From NCBI GenBank assembly GCA_040954595.2, contig CM082580.2, positions 1,540,783-1,604,782 of the forward strand: a stretch of 64,000 bases of DNA, in the 5' to 3' direction. This stretch comes from Balanoglossus misakiensis. Lineage: Eukaryota; Animalia; Hemichordata. The notes below the pieces were generated by a model that saw nothing but the letters and a program-made list of their open reading frames with translations, was not told the origin of the DNA and ran no database searches. The position numbers were made by a program, and so were the translations under genes. Positions 1-13,800 of this stretch are shown here, piece by piece (within the stretch, counting starts at the first letter, position 1; each line of letters starts with the position of its first letter).

Positions 1-3000
1 AAATTTCCATGGTTGCTTCCAAACAGCCTCGTTTATTTACTGATTTCTGTTGTGAGGCGCAGAACACATGATAGGCCAATGCGCATAAGACATTTTTCCA
101 CTAGACTCTGTAGATCGACGGATAGTTGTAAAATTTCCATGGTTGCTTCCAAACAACCTCGTTTGTTTACGAATTCTGTTGTGATGCGCAGAACACATAT
201 ATAGGGCTATGCGCATAAGAAAGTTTTCCACCAGACTCCGTAGATCGACGGATAGTTGTAAAATTTCCATGGTTGCTTCCAAACAGCCTCGTTTATTTAC
301 CGAATTCTGTTGTGAGGCGCAGAACACATAGATAGGCATATGTGCATAAGAAAGTTTTCCACTATAGACTCTGTAGATCGAGAGATAGTTCTAAAATGTC
401 CATGGTTGCTACCAAACACAGCCTCGTTTGTTTACAAAATTCTGTTGTGATGCGCAGAACACATAGATAGGCCTATGCGCATATGAACGTTTTCCACCAT
501 ACACTGTAGATCGAGAGATAGTTCTAAAACTTCCATGTTTGCTTCCAAACAGCCTCGTTTATTTGCGGAATTCTGTTGTGATGCGCAGAACACATATATA
601 GGCCTATGCGCATAATAACGTTTTCCACTAGACTCTGTACATCGACGGATAGTTGTAAAATTTCCATGGTTGCTTCCAAACAGCCTCGTTTATTTACCGA
701 ATTCTGTTGTAAGGCACAGAACACATAGATAGGCCTATGTGCATAAGAAAGTTTTCCACTATAGACTCTGTAGATCGAGAGATAGTTCTAAAATGTCGAT
801 GGTTGCTTCCAAACACAGCCTCGTTTGTTTACAAAATTCTGTTGTGATGCGCAGAACACATATATAGGCCTATGCGCATAATAACGTTTTCCACTAGACT
901 CTGTAGATCGACGGATAGTTGTAAAATTTCCATGGTTGCTTCCAAACAGCCTCGTTTATTTACCGAATTCTGTTGTGAGGCGCAGAACACATAGATAGGC
1001 ATATGTGCATAAGAAAGTTTTCCACTATAGACTCTGTAGATCGAGAGATCGTTCTAAAATGTCCATGGTTGCTACCAAACACAGCCTCGTTTGTTTACAA
1101 AATTCTGTTGTGATGCGCAGAACACATATATAGGCCTATGCGCATAAGAACGTTTCCACTAGACTCTGTAGATCGACGGATAGTTGTAAAATTTCCATGG
1201 TTGCTTCCAAACAGCCTCGTTTATTTACCGAATTCTGTTGTTAGGCGCAGAACACGTTATAGGCCTATGCGCATAAGAAAGTTTTCCACCAGACTCTGTA
1301 GATGGACTGATAGTTGTAAAATTTCCATGGTTGCTTCCAAACAGCCTCGTTTATTTACTGATTTCTGTTGTGAGGCGCAGAACACATGATAGGCCAATGC
1401 GCATAAGACATTTTTCCACTAGACTCTGTAGATCGACGGATAGTTGTAAAATTTCCATGGTTGCTTCCAAACAACCTCGTTTGTTTACGAATTCTGTTGT
1501 GATGCGCAGAACACATATATAGGCCTATGCGCATAAGAACGTTTTCCACTAGACTCTGTAGATCGAGAGATAGTTCTAAAATTTCCATGGTTGCTTCCAA
1601 ACAGCCTCGTTTATTTACCGAATTCTGTTGTGAGACGCAGAACACGTAATAGGCCTATGCGCATAAGAAAGTTTTCCACCAGACTCCGTAGATCGACGGA
1701 TAGTTGTAAAATTTCCATGGTTGCTTCCAAACAGCCTCGTTTATTTACCGAATTCTGTTGTGAGGCGCAGAACACATAGATAGGCATATGTGCATAAGAA
1801 AGTTTTCCACTATAGACTCTGTAGATCGAGAGATAGTTCTAAAATGTCCATTGCTGCTACCAAACACAGCCTCGTTTGTTTACAAAATTCTGTTGTGATG
1901 CGCAGAACACATATATAGGCCTATGCGCATATGAACGTTTTCCACTATACACTGTAGATCGAGAGATAGTTCTAAAACTTCCATGTTTGCTTCCAAACAG
2001 CCTCGTTTATTTGCGGAATTCTGTTTTGAGGCGCAGAACACATAGATAGGCATATGTGAATAAGAAAGTTTTCCACTATAGACTCTGTAGATCGAGAGAT
2101 AGTTGTAAAATTTCCATGGTTGCTTCCAAACAGCCTCGTTTATTTACCGATTTCTGTTGTGAGGCGCAGAACACATAGATAGGCCTATGCGCATAAAAAA
2201 CTTTTCAACTTTAGATCAACGGATAGTTCTAAAATTTCCATGGTTGTTTCCAAACAGCCTCGTTTATTTACCGAATTCTGTTGTGATGCGTAGAACACAT
2301 ACATATGCCTATGCGCATAAGAAAGTTTTCCACTAGACTCCGTAGATCGACGAATAGTTCTAAAATGTCCATGGTTGCTTCCAAACAAAGCCTGGTTTGT
2401 TTACAAAATTCTGTTGTGATGCGCAGAACACATAGATAGGCCTATGCGCATATGAACGTTTTCCACTATACTCTGTAGATCGAGAGATAGTTCTAAAATT
2501 GCCATGTTTGCTTCCAAACAGCCTCGTTTATTTACGGAATTCTGTTTTGAGGCGCAGAACACATAGATAGGCATATGTGCATAAGAAAGTTTTCCACTAT
2601 AGACTCTGTAGATCGAGAGATAGTTCTAAAATGTCCATGGTTGCTTCCAAACACAGCCTCGTTTGTTTACAAAATTCTTTTGTGATGCGCAGAACACATA
2701 TATAGGCCTATGCGCAAAAGAACGTTTTCCACTAGACTCTGTAGATCGACGGATAGCTGTAAAATTTCCATGGTTGCTTCCAAACAGCCTCGTTTATTTA
2801 CCGAATTCTGTTGTGAGGCGCAGAACACATAGATAGGCATATGTGCATAAGAAAGTTTTCCACTATAGACTCTGTAGATCGAGAGATAGTTCTAAAATGT
2901 CCATGGTTGCTACCAAACACAGCCTCGTTTGTTTACAAAATTCTGTTGTGATGCGCAGAACACATATATAGGCCTATGCGCATAAGAACGTTTCCACTAG

Positions 3001-4812
3001 ACTCTGTAGATCGACGGATAGCTGTAAAATTTCCATGGTTGCTTCCAAACAGCCTCGTTTATTTACCGATTTCTGTTGTGAGGCGCAGAACACATGATAG
3101 GCCTATGCGCATGAGACATTTTTCCACTAGACTCTGTAGATCGACGGATAGTTGTAAAATTTCATGGTTGCTTCCAAATACAGCCTCGTTTATTTACCGA
3201 TTTCTGTTGTGAGGCGCAGAACACATAGATAGGCCTATGTGCATAAGAAAGTTTTCCACTATAGACTCTGTAGATCGAGAGATAGTTCTAAAATGTCCAT
3301 GGTTGCTTCCAAACACAGCCTCGTTTGTTTACAAAATTCTGTTGTGATGCGCAGAACACATATATAGGCCTATGCGCATAATAACGTTTTCCACTAGACT
3401 CTGTAGATCGACGGATAGTTGTAAAATTTCCATGGTTGCTTCCAAACAGCCTCGTTTATTTACCGATTTCTGTTGTGAGGCGCAGAACACATGATAGGCC
3501 TATGCGCATGAGACATTTTTCCACTAGACTCTGTAGATCGACGGATAGTTGTAAAATTTCATGGTTGCTTCCAAATACAGCCTCGTTTGTTTACAAAATT
3601 CTGTTGTGATGCGCAGAACACATATATAGGCCTATGCGCATAATAACGTTTTCCACTAGACTCTGTAGATCGACGGATAGTTGTAAAATTTCCATGGTTG
3701 CTTCCAAACAGCCTCGTTTATTTACCGAATTCTGTTGTGAGGCGCAGAACACATAGATAGGCATATGTGCATAAGAAAGTTTTCCACTATAGACTCTGTA
3801 GATCGAGAGATAGTTCTAAAATGTCCATGGTTGCTACCATACACAGCCTCGTTTGTTTACAAAATTCTGTTGTGAATCGCAGAACACATATATAGGCCTA
3901 TGCGCATAAGAACGTTTCCACTAGACTCTGTAGATCGACGGATTGCTGTAAAATTTCATGGTTGCTTCCAAATACAGCCTCGTTTATTTACCGATTTCTG
4001 TTGTGATGCGCATAACACATAGATAGGCCTATGCGCATAAGAACGTTTTACACTAGACTCTGTAGATCGACGGATAGTTGTACAATTTCCATGGTTGCTT
4101 CCAAACAGCTTCGTTTATTTACCGATTTCTGTTGTGAGGCGCAGAACACATGATAGGCCTATGCGCATAAGACATTTTTCCACTAGACTCTGTAGATCGA
4201 CGGATAGTTCTAAAAGTTCCATGGTTGCTTCCAAACAGCCTCGTTTATTTACCGAATTCTGTTGTGAGGCGCAGAGCACGTAATAGGCCTATGCGCATAA
4301 GAAAGTTTTCCACCAGACTCTGTAGATCGACGGATAGTTGTAAAATTTCCATGGTTGCTTCCAAACAGCCTCGTTTATTTACCGATTTCTGTTGTGATGC
4401 GCAGAACACATAGATAGGCATATGTGCATAATAAAGTTTTCCACTAGACTCTGTAGATCGAGAGATAGTTCTAAAATTTCCATGGTTGCTTCCAAACACA
4501 GCCTCGTTTGTTTACAAAATTCTGTTGTGATGCGCAGAACACATATATAGGCCTATGCGCATAATAACGTTTTCCACTAGACTCTGTAGATCGACGGATA
4601 GTTGTAAAATTTCCATGGTTGCTTCCAAACAGCCTCGTTTATTTACCGAATTCTGTTGTGAGGCGCAGAACACATAGATAGGCATATGTGCATAAGAAAG
4701 TTTTCCACTATAGACTCTGTAGATCGAGAGATAGTTCTAAAATTTCCATGATTTCTTCCAAACACATCCTCGATTGTTTACAAAATTCTGTTGTGATGCG
4801 CAGAACACATAC

Positions 4813-7800
4813 ATAGGCCTGTGCGCATATGAACGTTTTCCACTATACACTGTAGATCCAGAGATAGTTCTAAAACTTCCATGTTTGCTTCCAAACAGCC
4901 TCGTTTATTTGCGGAATTCTGTTTTGAGGCGCAGAACACATAGATAGGCATATGTGAATAAGAAAGTTTTCCACTATAGACTCTGTAGATCGAGAGATAG
5001 TTCTAAAATTTCCATGGTTGCTTTTAAACAGCCTCGTTTATTTACCGATTTCTGTTGTGTGGCGCAGAACACATAGATAGGCCTATGCGCATAAAAAACT
5101 TTTCAACTTTAGATCAACGGATAGTTCAAAAATTTCCATGGTTGTTTCCAAACAGCCTCGTTTATTTACCGAATTCTGTTGTGATGCGTAGAACACATAC
5201 ATATGCCTATGCGCATAAGAAAGTTTTCCACTAGACTCCGTAGATCGACGAATAGTTCTAAAATGTCCATGGTTGCTTCCAAACAGCCTCGTTTATTGAC
5301 GGAATTCTGTTTTGAGGCGCAGAACACATAGATAGGCATATGTGCATAAGAAAGTTTTCCACTATAGACTCTGTACATCGAGAGATAGTTCTAAAATGTC
5401 CATGGTTGCTTCCAAACACAGCCTCGTTTGTTTACAAAATTCTGTTGTGATGCGCAGAACACATATATAGGCCTATGCGCATAATAACGTTTTCCACTAG
5501 ACTCTGTAGATCGACGGATAGTTGTAAAATTTCCATGGTTGCTTCCAAACAGCCTCGTTTATTTACCGATTTCTGTTGTGAGGCGCAGAACACATAGATA
5601 GGCATATGTGCATAAGAAAGTTTTCCACTATAGACTCTGTAGATCGAGAGATAGTTCTAAAATGTCCATGGTTGCTAGCAAACACAGCCTCGTTTGTTTA
5701 CAAAATTCTGTTATGATGCGCAGAACACATATATAGGCCTATGCGCATAAGAACGTTTCCACTAGACTCTGTAGATCGACGGATAGCTGTAAAATTTCCA
5801 TGGTTGCTTCCAAACAGCCTCGTTTATTTACCGATTTCTGTTGTGAGGCGCAGAACACATGATAGGCCTATGCGCATGAGACATTTTTCCACTAGACTCT
5901 GTAGATCGACGTATAGCTGTAAAATTTCCCTGGTTGCTTCCAAACAGCCTCGTTTATTTACCGATTTCTGTTGTGAGGCGCAGAACACATGATAGGCCTA
6001 TGCGCATGAGACATTTTTCCACTAGACTCTGTAGATCGACGGATAGTTGTAAAATTTCCATGGTTGCTTCCAAACAGCCTCGTTTATTTACCGAATTCTG
6101 TTGTGAGGCGCAGAACACGTAATAGGTCTATGCGCATAAGGAAGTTTTCCACCAGACTCTGTAGATCGACGGATAGTTGTAAAATTTCATGGTTGCTTCC
6201 AAATACAGCCTCGTTTATTTACCGATTTCTGTTGTGAAGCGCATAACACATAGATAGGCCTATGCGCATAAGAACGTTTTCCACTAGACTCTTTAGATCG
6301 ACGGATAGTTGTACAATTTCCATGGTTGCTTCCAAACAGCCTCGTTTATTTACCGATTTCTGTTGTGAGGCGCAGAACACATGATAGGCCTATGCGCATA
6401 AGAAAGTTTTCCACCAGACTCTGTAGATCGACGGATAGTTGTAAAATTTCCATGGTTGCTTCCAAACAGCCTCGTTTATTTACCGATTTCTGTTGTGATG
6501 CGCAGAACACATAGATAGGCATATGTGCATAATAAAGTTTTCCACTAGACTCTGTAGATCGAGAGATAGTTCTAAAATTTCCATGGTTGCTTCCAAACAC
6601 AGCCTCGTTTGTTTACAAAATTCTGTTGTGATGCGCAGAACACATATATAGGCCTATGCGCATAATAACGTTTTCCACTAGACTCTGTAGATCGACGGAT
6701 AGTTGTAAAATTTCCATGGTTGCTTCCAAACAGCCTCGTTTATTTACCGAATTCTGTTGTGAGGCGCAGAACACATAGATAGGCATATGTGCATAAGAAA
6801 GTTTTCCACTATAGACTCTGTAGATCGAGAGATAGTTCTAAAATGTCCATGGTTGCTTCCAAACACAGCCTCGTTTGTTTACAAAATTCTGTTGTGATGC
6901 GCAGAACACATATATAGGCCTATGCGCATAATAACGTTTTCCACTAGACTCTGTAGATCGACGGATAGTTGTAAAATTTCCATGGTTGCTTCCAAACAGC
7001 CTCGTTTATTTACCGAATTCTGTTGTGAGGCGCAGAACACATAGATAGGCATATGTGCATAAGAAAGTTTTCCACTATAGACTCTGTAGATCGAGAGATA
7101 GTTCTAAAATGTCCATGGTTGCTTCCAAACACAGCCTCGTTTGTTTACAAAATTCTGTTGTGATGCGCAGAACACATATATAGGCCTATGCGCATAATAA
7201 CGTTTTCCACTAGACTCTGTAGATCGACGGATAGCTGTAAAATTTCCATGGTTGCTTCCAAACAGCCTCGTTTATTTACCGAATTCTGTTGTGAGGCGCA
7301 GAACACATAGATAGGCATATGTGCATAAGAAAGTTTTCCACTACAGACTCTGTAGATCGAGAGATAGTTCTAAAATGTCCATGGTTGCTTCCAAACACAG
7401 CCTCGTTTATTTACCGATTTCTGTTGTGATGCGCATAACACATAGATAGGCCTATGCGCATAAGAACGTTTTCCACTAGACTCTGTAGATCGACGGATAG
7501 CTGTAAAATTTCCATGGTTGCTTCCAAACAGCCTCGTTTATTTACCGATTTCTGTTGTGAGGCGCAGAACACATGATAGGCCTATGCGCATAAGAAAGTT
7601 TTCCACCAGACTCTGTAGATCGACGGATAGTTGTAAAATTTCCATGGTTGCTTCCAAACAGCCTCGTTTATTTACCGATTTCTGTTGTGATGCGCAGAAC
7701 ACATAGATAGGCATATGTGCATAATAAAGTTTTCCACTAGACTCTGTAGATCGAGAGATAGTTCTAAAATGTCCATGGTTGCTTCCAAACACAGCCTCGT

Positions 7801-10800
7801 TTGTTTACAAAATTCTGTTGTGATGCGCAGAACACATATATAGGCCTATGCGCATAATAACGTTTTCCACTAGACTCTGTAGATCGACGGATAGTTGTAA
7901 AATTTCCATGGTTGCTTCCAAACAGCCTCGTTTATTTACCGAATTCTGTTGTGAGGCGCAGAACACATAGATAGGCATATGTGCATAAGAAAGTTTTCCA
8001 CTATAGACTCTGTAGATCGAGAGATAGTTCTAAAATGTCCATGGTTGCTACCAAACACAGCCTCGTTTGTTTACAAAATTCTGTTGTGATGCGCAGAACA
8101 CATATATAGGCCTATGCGCATAAGAACGTTTCCACTAGACTCTGTAGATCGACGGATAGCTGTAAAATTTCCATGGTTGCTTCCAAACAGCCTCGTTTAT
8201 TTACCGATTTCTGTTGTGAGGCGCAGAACACATGATAGGCCTATGCGCATGAGACATTTTTCCACTAGACTCTGTAGATCGACGGATAGCTGTAAAATTT
8301 CCATGGTTGCCTCCAAACAGCCTCGTTTATTTACCGATTTCTGTTGTGAGGCGCAGAACACATGATAGGCCTATGCGCATGAGACATTTTTCCACTAGAC
8401 TCTGTAGATCGACGGATAGTTGTAAAATTTCATGGTTGCTTCCAAATACAGCCTCGTTTATTTACCGATTTCTGCTGTGATGCGCATAACACATTGATAG
8501 GCCTATGCGCATAAGAACGTTTCCACTAGACTTTGTAGATCGACGGATAGTTCTACAATGTCCATGGTTGCTTCCAAACAGCCTCGTTTATTTACCGAAT
8601 TCTGTTGTGAGGCGCAGAACACGTAATAGGTCTATGCGCATAAGGAAGTTTTCCACCAGACTCTGTAGATCGACGGATAGTTGTAAAATTTCATGGTTGC
8701 TTCCAAATACAGCCTCGTTTATTTACCGATTTCTGTTGTGATGCGCATAACACATAGATAGGCCTATGCGCATAAGAACGTTTTCCACTAGACTCTTTAG
8801 ATCGACGGATAGTTGTACAATTTCCATGGTTGCTTCCAAACAGCCTCGTTTATTTACCGATTTCTGTTGTGAGGCGCAGAACACATGATAGGCCTATGCG
8901 CATAAGACATTTTTCCACTAGACTCTGTAGATCGACGGATAGTTCTAAAATTTCCATGGTTGCTTCCAAACAGCCTCGTTTATTTACCGAATTCTGTTGT
9001 GAGGCGCAGAGCACGTAATAGGCCTATGCGCACAAGAAAGTTTTCCACCAGACTCTGTAGATCGACGGATAGTTGTAAAATTTCCATGGTTGCTTCCAAA
9101 CAGCCTCGTTTATTTACCGATTTCTGTTGTGATGCGCAGAACACATAGATAGGCATATGTGCATAATAAAGTTTTCCACTAGACTCTGTAGATCGAGAGA
9201 TAGTTCTAAAATTTCCATGGTTGCTTCCAAACACAGCCTCGTTTGTTTACAAAATTCTGTTGTGATGCGCAGAACACATAGATAGGCCTGTGCGCATATG
9301 AACGTTTTCCACTATACACTGTAGATCCAGAGATAGTTCTAAAACTTCCATGTTTGCTTCCAAACAGCCTCGTTTATTTGCGGAATTCTGTTTTGAGGCG
9401 CAGAACACATAGATAGGCATATGTGAATAAGAAAGTTTTCCACTATAGACTCTGTAGATCGAGAGATAGTTCTAAAATTTCCATGGTTGCTTTTAAACAG
9501 CCTCGTTTATTTACCGATTTCTGTTGTGTGGCGCAGAACACATAGATAGGCCTATGCGCATAAAAAACTTTTCAACTTTAGATCAACGGATAGTTCAAAA
9601 ATTTCCATGGTTGTTTCCAAACAGCCTCGTTTATTTACCGAATTCTGTTGTGATGCGTAGAACACATACATATGCCTATGCGCATAAGAACGTTTCCACT
9701 AGACTCTGTAGATCGACGGATAGCTGTAAAATTTCCATGGTTGCTTCCAAACAGCCTCGTTTATTTACCGATTTCTGTTGTGAGGCGCAGAACACATGAT
9801 AGGCCTATGCGCATGAGACATTTTTCCACTAGACTCTGTAGATCGACGGATAGCTGTAAAATTTCCATGGTTGCCTCCAAACAGCCTCGTTTATTTACCG
9901 ATTTCTGTTGTGAGGCGCAGAACACATGATAGGCCTATGCGCATGAGACATTTTTCCACTAGACTCTGTAGATCGACGGATAGTTGTAAAATTTCATGGT
10001 TGCTTCCAAATACAGCCTCGTTTATTTACCGATTTCTGCTGTGATGCGCATAACACATTGATAGGCCTATGCGCATAAGAACGTTTCCACTAGACTTTGT
10101 AGATCGACGGATAGTTCTACAATGTCCATGGTTGCTTCCAAACAGCCTCGTTTATTTACCGAATTCTGTTGTGAGGCGCAGAACACGTAATAGGTCTATG
10201 CGCATAAGGAAGTTTTCCACCAGACTCTGTAGATCGACGGATAGTTGTAAAATTTCATGGTTGCTTCCAAATACAGCCTCGTTTATTTACCGATTTCTGT
10301 TGTGATGCGCATAACACATAGATAGGCCTATGCGCATAAGAACGTTTTCCACTAGACTCTTTAGATCGACGGATAGTTGTACAATTTCCATGGTTGCTTC
10401 CAAACAGCCTCGTTTATTTACCGATTTCTGTTGTGAGGCGCAGAACACATGATAGGCCTATGCGCATAAGACATTTTTCCACTAGACTCTGTAGATCGAC
10501 GGATAGTTCTAAAATTTCCATGGTTGCTTCCAAACAGCCTCGTTTATTTACCGAATTCTGTTGTGAGGCGCAGAGCACGTAATAGGCCTATGCGCACAAG
10601 AAAGTTTTCCACCAGACTCTGTAGATCGACTGATAGTTGTAAAATTTCCATGGTTGCTTCCAAACAGCCTCGTTTATTTACCGATTTCTGTTGTGATGCG
10701 CAGAACACATAGATAGGCATATGTGCATAATAAAGTTTTCCACTAGACTCTGTAGATCGAGAGATAGTTCTAAAATTTCCATGGTTGCTTCCAAACACAG

Positions 10801-13800
10801 CCTCGTTTATTTACCGAATTCTGTTGTGATGCGTAGAACACATACATATGCCTATGCGCATAAGAACGTTTCCACTAGACTCTGTAGATCGACGGATAGC
10901 TGTAAAATTTCCATGGTTGCTTCCAAACAGCCTCGTTTATTTACCGATTTCTGTTGTGAGGCGCAGAACACATGATAGGCCTATGCGCATGAGACATTTT
11001 TCCACTAGACTCTGTAGATCGACGGATAGCTGTAAAATTTCCATGGTTGCCTCCAAACAGCCTCGTTTATTTACCGATTTCTGTTGTGAGGCGCAGAACA
11101 CATGATAGGCCTATGCGCATGAGACATTTTTCCACTAGACTCTGTAGATCGACGGATAGTTGTAAAATTTCATGGTTGCTTCCAAATACAGCCTCGTTTA
11201 TTTACCGATTTCTGCTGTGATGCGCATAACACATTGATAGGCCTATGCGCATAAGAACGTTTCCACTAGACTTTGTAGATCGACGGATAGTTCTACAATG
11301 TCCATGGTTGCTTCCAAACAGCCTCGTTTATTTACCGAATTCTGTTGTGAGGCGCAGAACACGTAATAGGTCTATGCGCATAAGGAAGTTTTCCACCAGA
11401 CTCTGTAGATCGACGGATAGTTGTAAAATTTCATGGTTGCTTCCAAATACAGCCTCGTTTATTTACCGATTTCTGTTGTGATGCGCATAACACATAGATA
11501 GGCCTATGCGCATAAGAACGTTTTCCACTAGACTCTTTAGATCGACGGATAGTTGTACAATTTCCATGGTTGCTTCCAAACAGCCTCGTTTATTTACCGA
11601 TTTCTGTTGTGAGGCGCAGAACACATGATAGGCCTATGCGCATAAGACATTTTTCCACTAGACTCTGTAGATCGACGGATAGTTCTAAAATTTCCATGGT
11701 TGCTTCCAAACAGCCTCGTTTATTTACCGAATTCTGTTGTGAGGCGCAGAGCACGTAATAGGCCTATGCGCACAAGAAAGTTTTCCACCAGACTCTGTAG
11801 ATCGACGGATAGTTGTAAAATTTCCATGGTTGCTTCCAAACAGCCTCGTTTATTTACCGATTTCTGTTGTGATGCGCAGAACACATAGATAGGCATATGT
11901 GCATAATAAAGTTTTCCACTAGACTCTGTAGATCGAGAGATAGTTCTAAAATTTCCATGGTTGCTTCCAAACACAGCCTCGTTTGTTTACAAAATTCTGT
12001 TGTGATGCGCAGAACACATAGATAGGCCTGTGCGCATATGAACGTTTTCCACTATACACTGTAGATCCAGAGATAGTTCTAAAACTTCCATGTTTGCTTC
12101 CAAACAGCCTCGTTTATTTGCGGAATTCTGTTTTGAGGCGCAGAACACATAGATAGGCATATGTGAATAAGAAAGTTTTCCACTATAGACTCTGTAGATC
12201 GAGAGATAGTTCTAAAATTTCCATGGTTGCTTTTAAACAGCCTCGTTTATTTACCGATTTCTGTTGTGTGGCGCAGAACACATAGATAGGCCTATGCGCA
12301 TAAAAAACTTTTCAACTTTAGATCAACGGATAGTTCAAAAATTTCCATGGTTGTTTCCAAACAGCCTCGTTTATTTACCGAATTCTGTTGTGATGCGTAG
12401 AACACATACATATGCCTATGCGCATAAGAAAGTTTTCCACTAGACTCCGTAGATCGACGAATAGTTCTAAAATGTCCATGGTTGCTTCCAAACAGCCTCG
12501 TTTATTGACGGAATTCTGTTTTGAGGCGCAGAACACATAGATAGGCATATGTGCATAAGAAAGTTTTCCACTATAGACTCTGTACATCGAGAGATAGTTC
12601 TAAAATGTCCATGGTTGCTTCCAAACACAGCCTCGTTTGTTTACAAAATTCTGTTGTGATGCGCAGAACACATATATAGGCCTATGCGCATAATAACGTT
12701 TTCCACTAGACTCTGTAGATCGACGGATAGTTGTAAAATTTCCATGGTTGCTTCCAAACAGCCTCGTTTATTTACCGAATTCTGTTGTGAGGCGCAGAAC
12801 ACATAGATAGGCATATGTGCATAAGAAAGTTTTCCACTATAGACTCTGTAGATCGAGAGATAGTTCTAAAATGTCCATGGTTGCTAGCAAACACAGCCTC
12901 GTTTGTTTACAAAATTCTGTTATGATGCGCAGAACACATATATAGGCCTATGCGCATAAGAACGTTTCCACTAGACTCTGTAGATCGACGGATAGCTGTA
13001 AAATTTCCATGGTTGCTTCCAAACAGCCTCGTTTATTTACCGATTTCTGTTGTGAGGCGCAGAACACATGATAGGCCTATGCGCATGAGACATTTTTCCA
13101 CTAGACTCTGTAGATCGACGGATAGCTGTAAAATTTCCCTGGTTGCTTCCAAACAGCCTCGTTTATTTACCGATTTCTGTTGTGAGGCGCAGAACACATG
13201 ATAGGCCTATGCGCATGAGACATTTTTCCACTAGACTCTGTAGATCGACGGATAGTTGTAAAATTTCCATGGTTGCTTCCAAACAGCCTCGTTTATTTAC
13301 CGAATTCTGTTGTGAGGCGCAGAACACGTAATAGGTCTATGCGCATAAGGAAGTTTTCCACCAGACTCTGTAGATCGACGGATAGTTGTAAAATTTCATG
13401 GTTGCTTCCAAATACAGCCTCGTTTATTTACCGATTTCTGTTGTGAAGCGCATAACACATAGATAGGCCTATGCGCATAAGAACGTTTTCCACTAGACTC
13501 TTTAGATCGACGGATAGTTGTACAATTTCCATGGTTGCTTCCAAACAGCCTCGTTTATTTACCGATTTCTGTTGTGAGGCGCAGAACACATGATAGGCCT
13601 ATGCGCATAAGAAAGTTTTCCACCAGACTCTGTAGATCGACGGATAGTTGTAAAATTTCCATGGTTGCTTCCAAACAGCCTCGTTTATTTACCGATTTCT
13701 GTTGTGATGCGCAGAACACATAGATAGGCATATGTGCATAATAAAGTTTTCCACTAGACTCTGTAGATCGAGAGATAGTTCTAAAATTTCCATGGTTGCT

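Noticed and set aside
11-27. CENP-B box-like stretch in A (GGTTGCTTCCAAACAGC versus reverse-complement box TCCCGYTTCCAACGAAR)
   Set aside because: Mainly the central GCTTCCAA matches. The essential TTCG and CGGG positions, including both CpGs, are absent.
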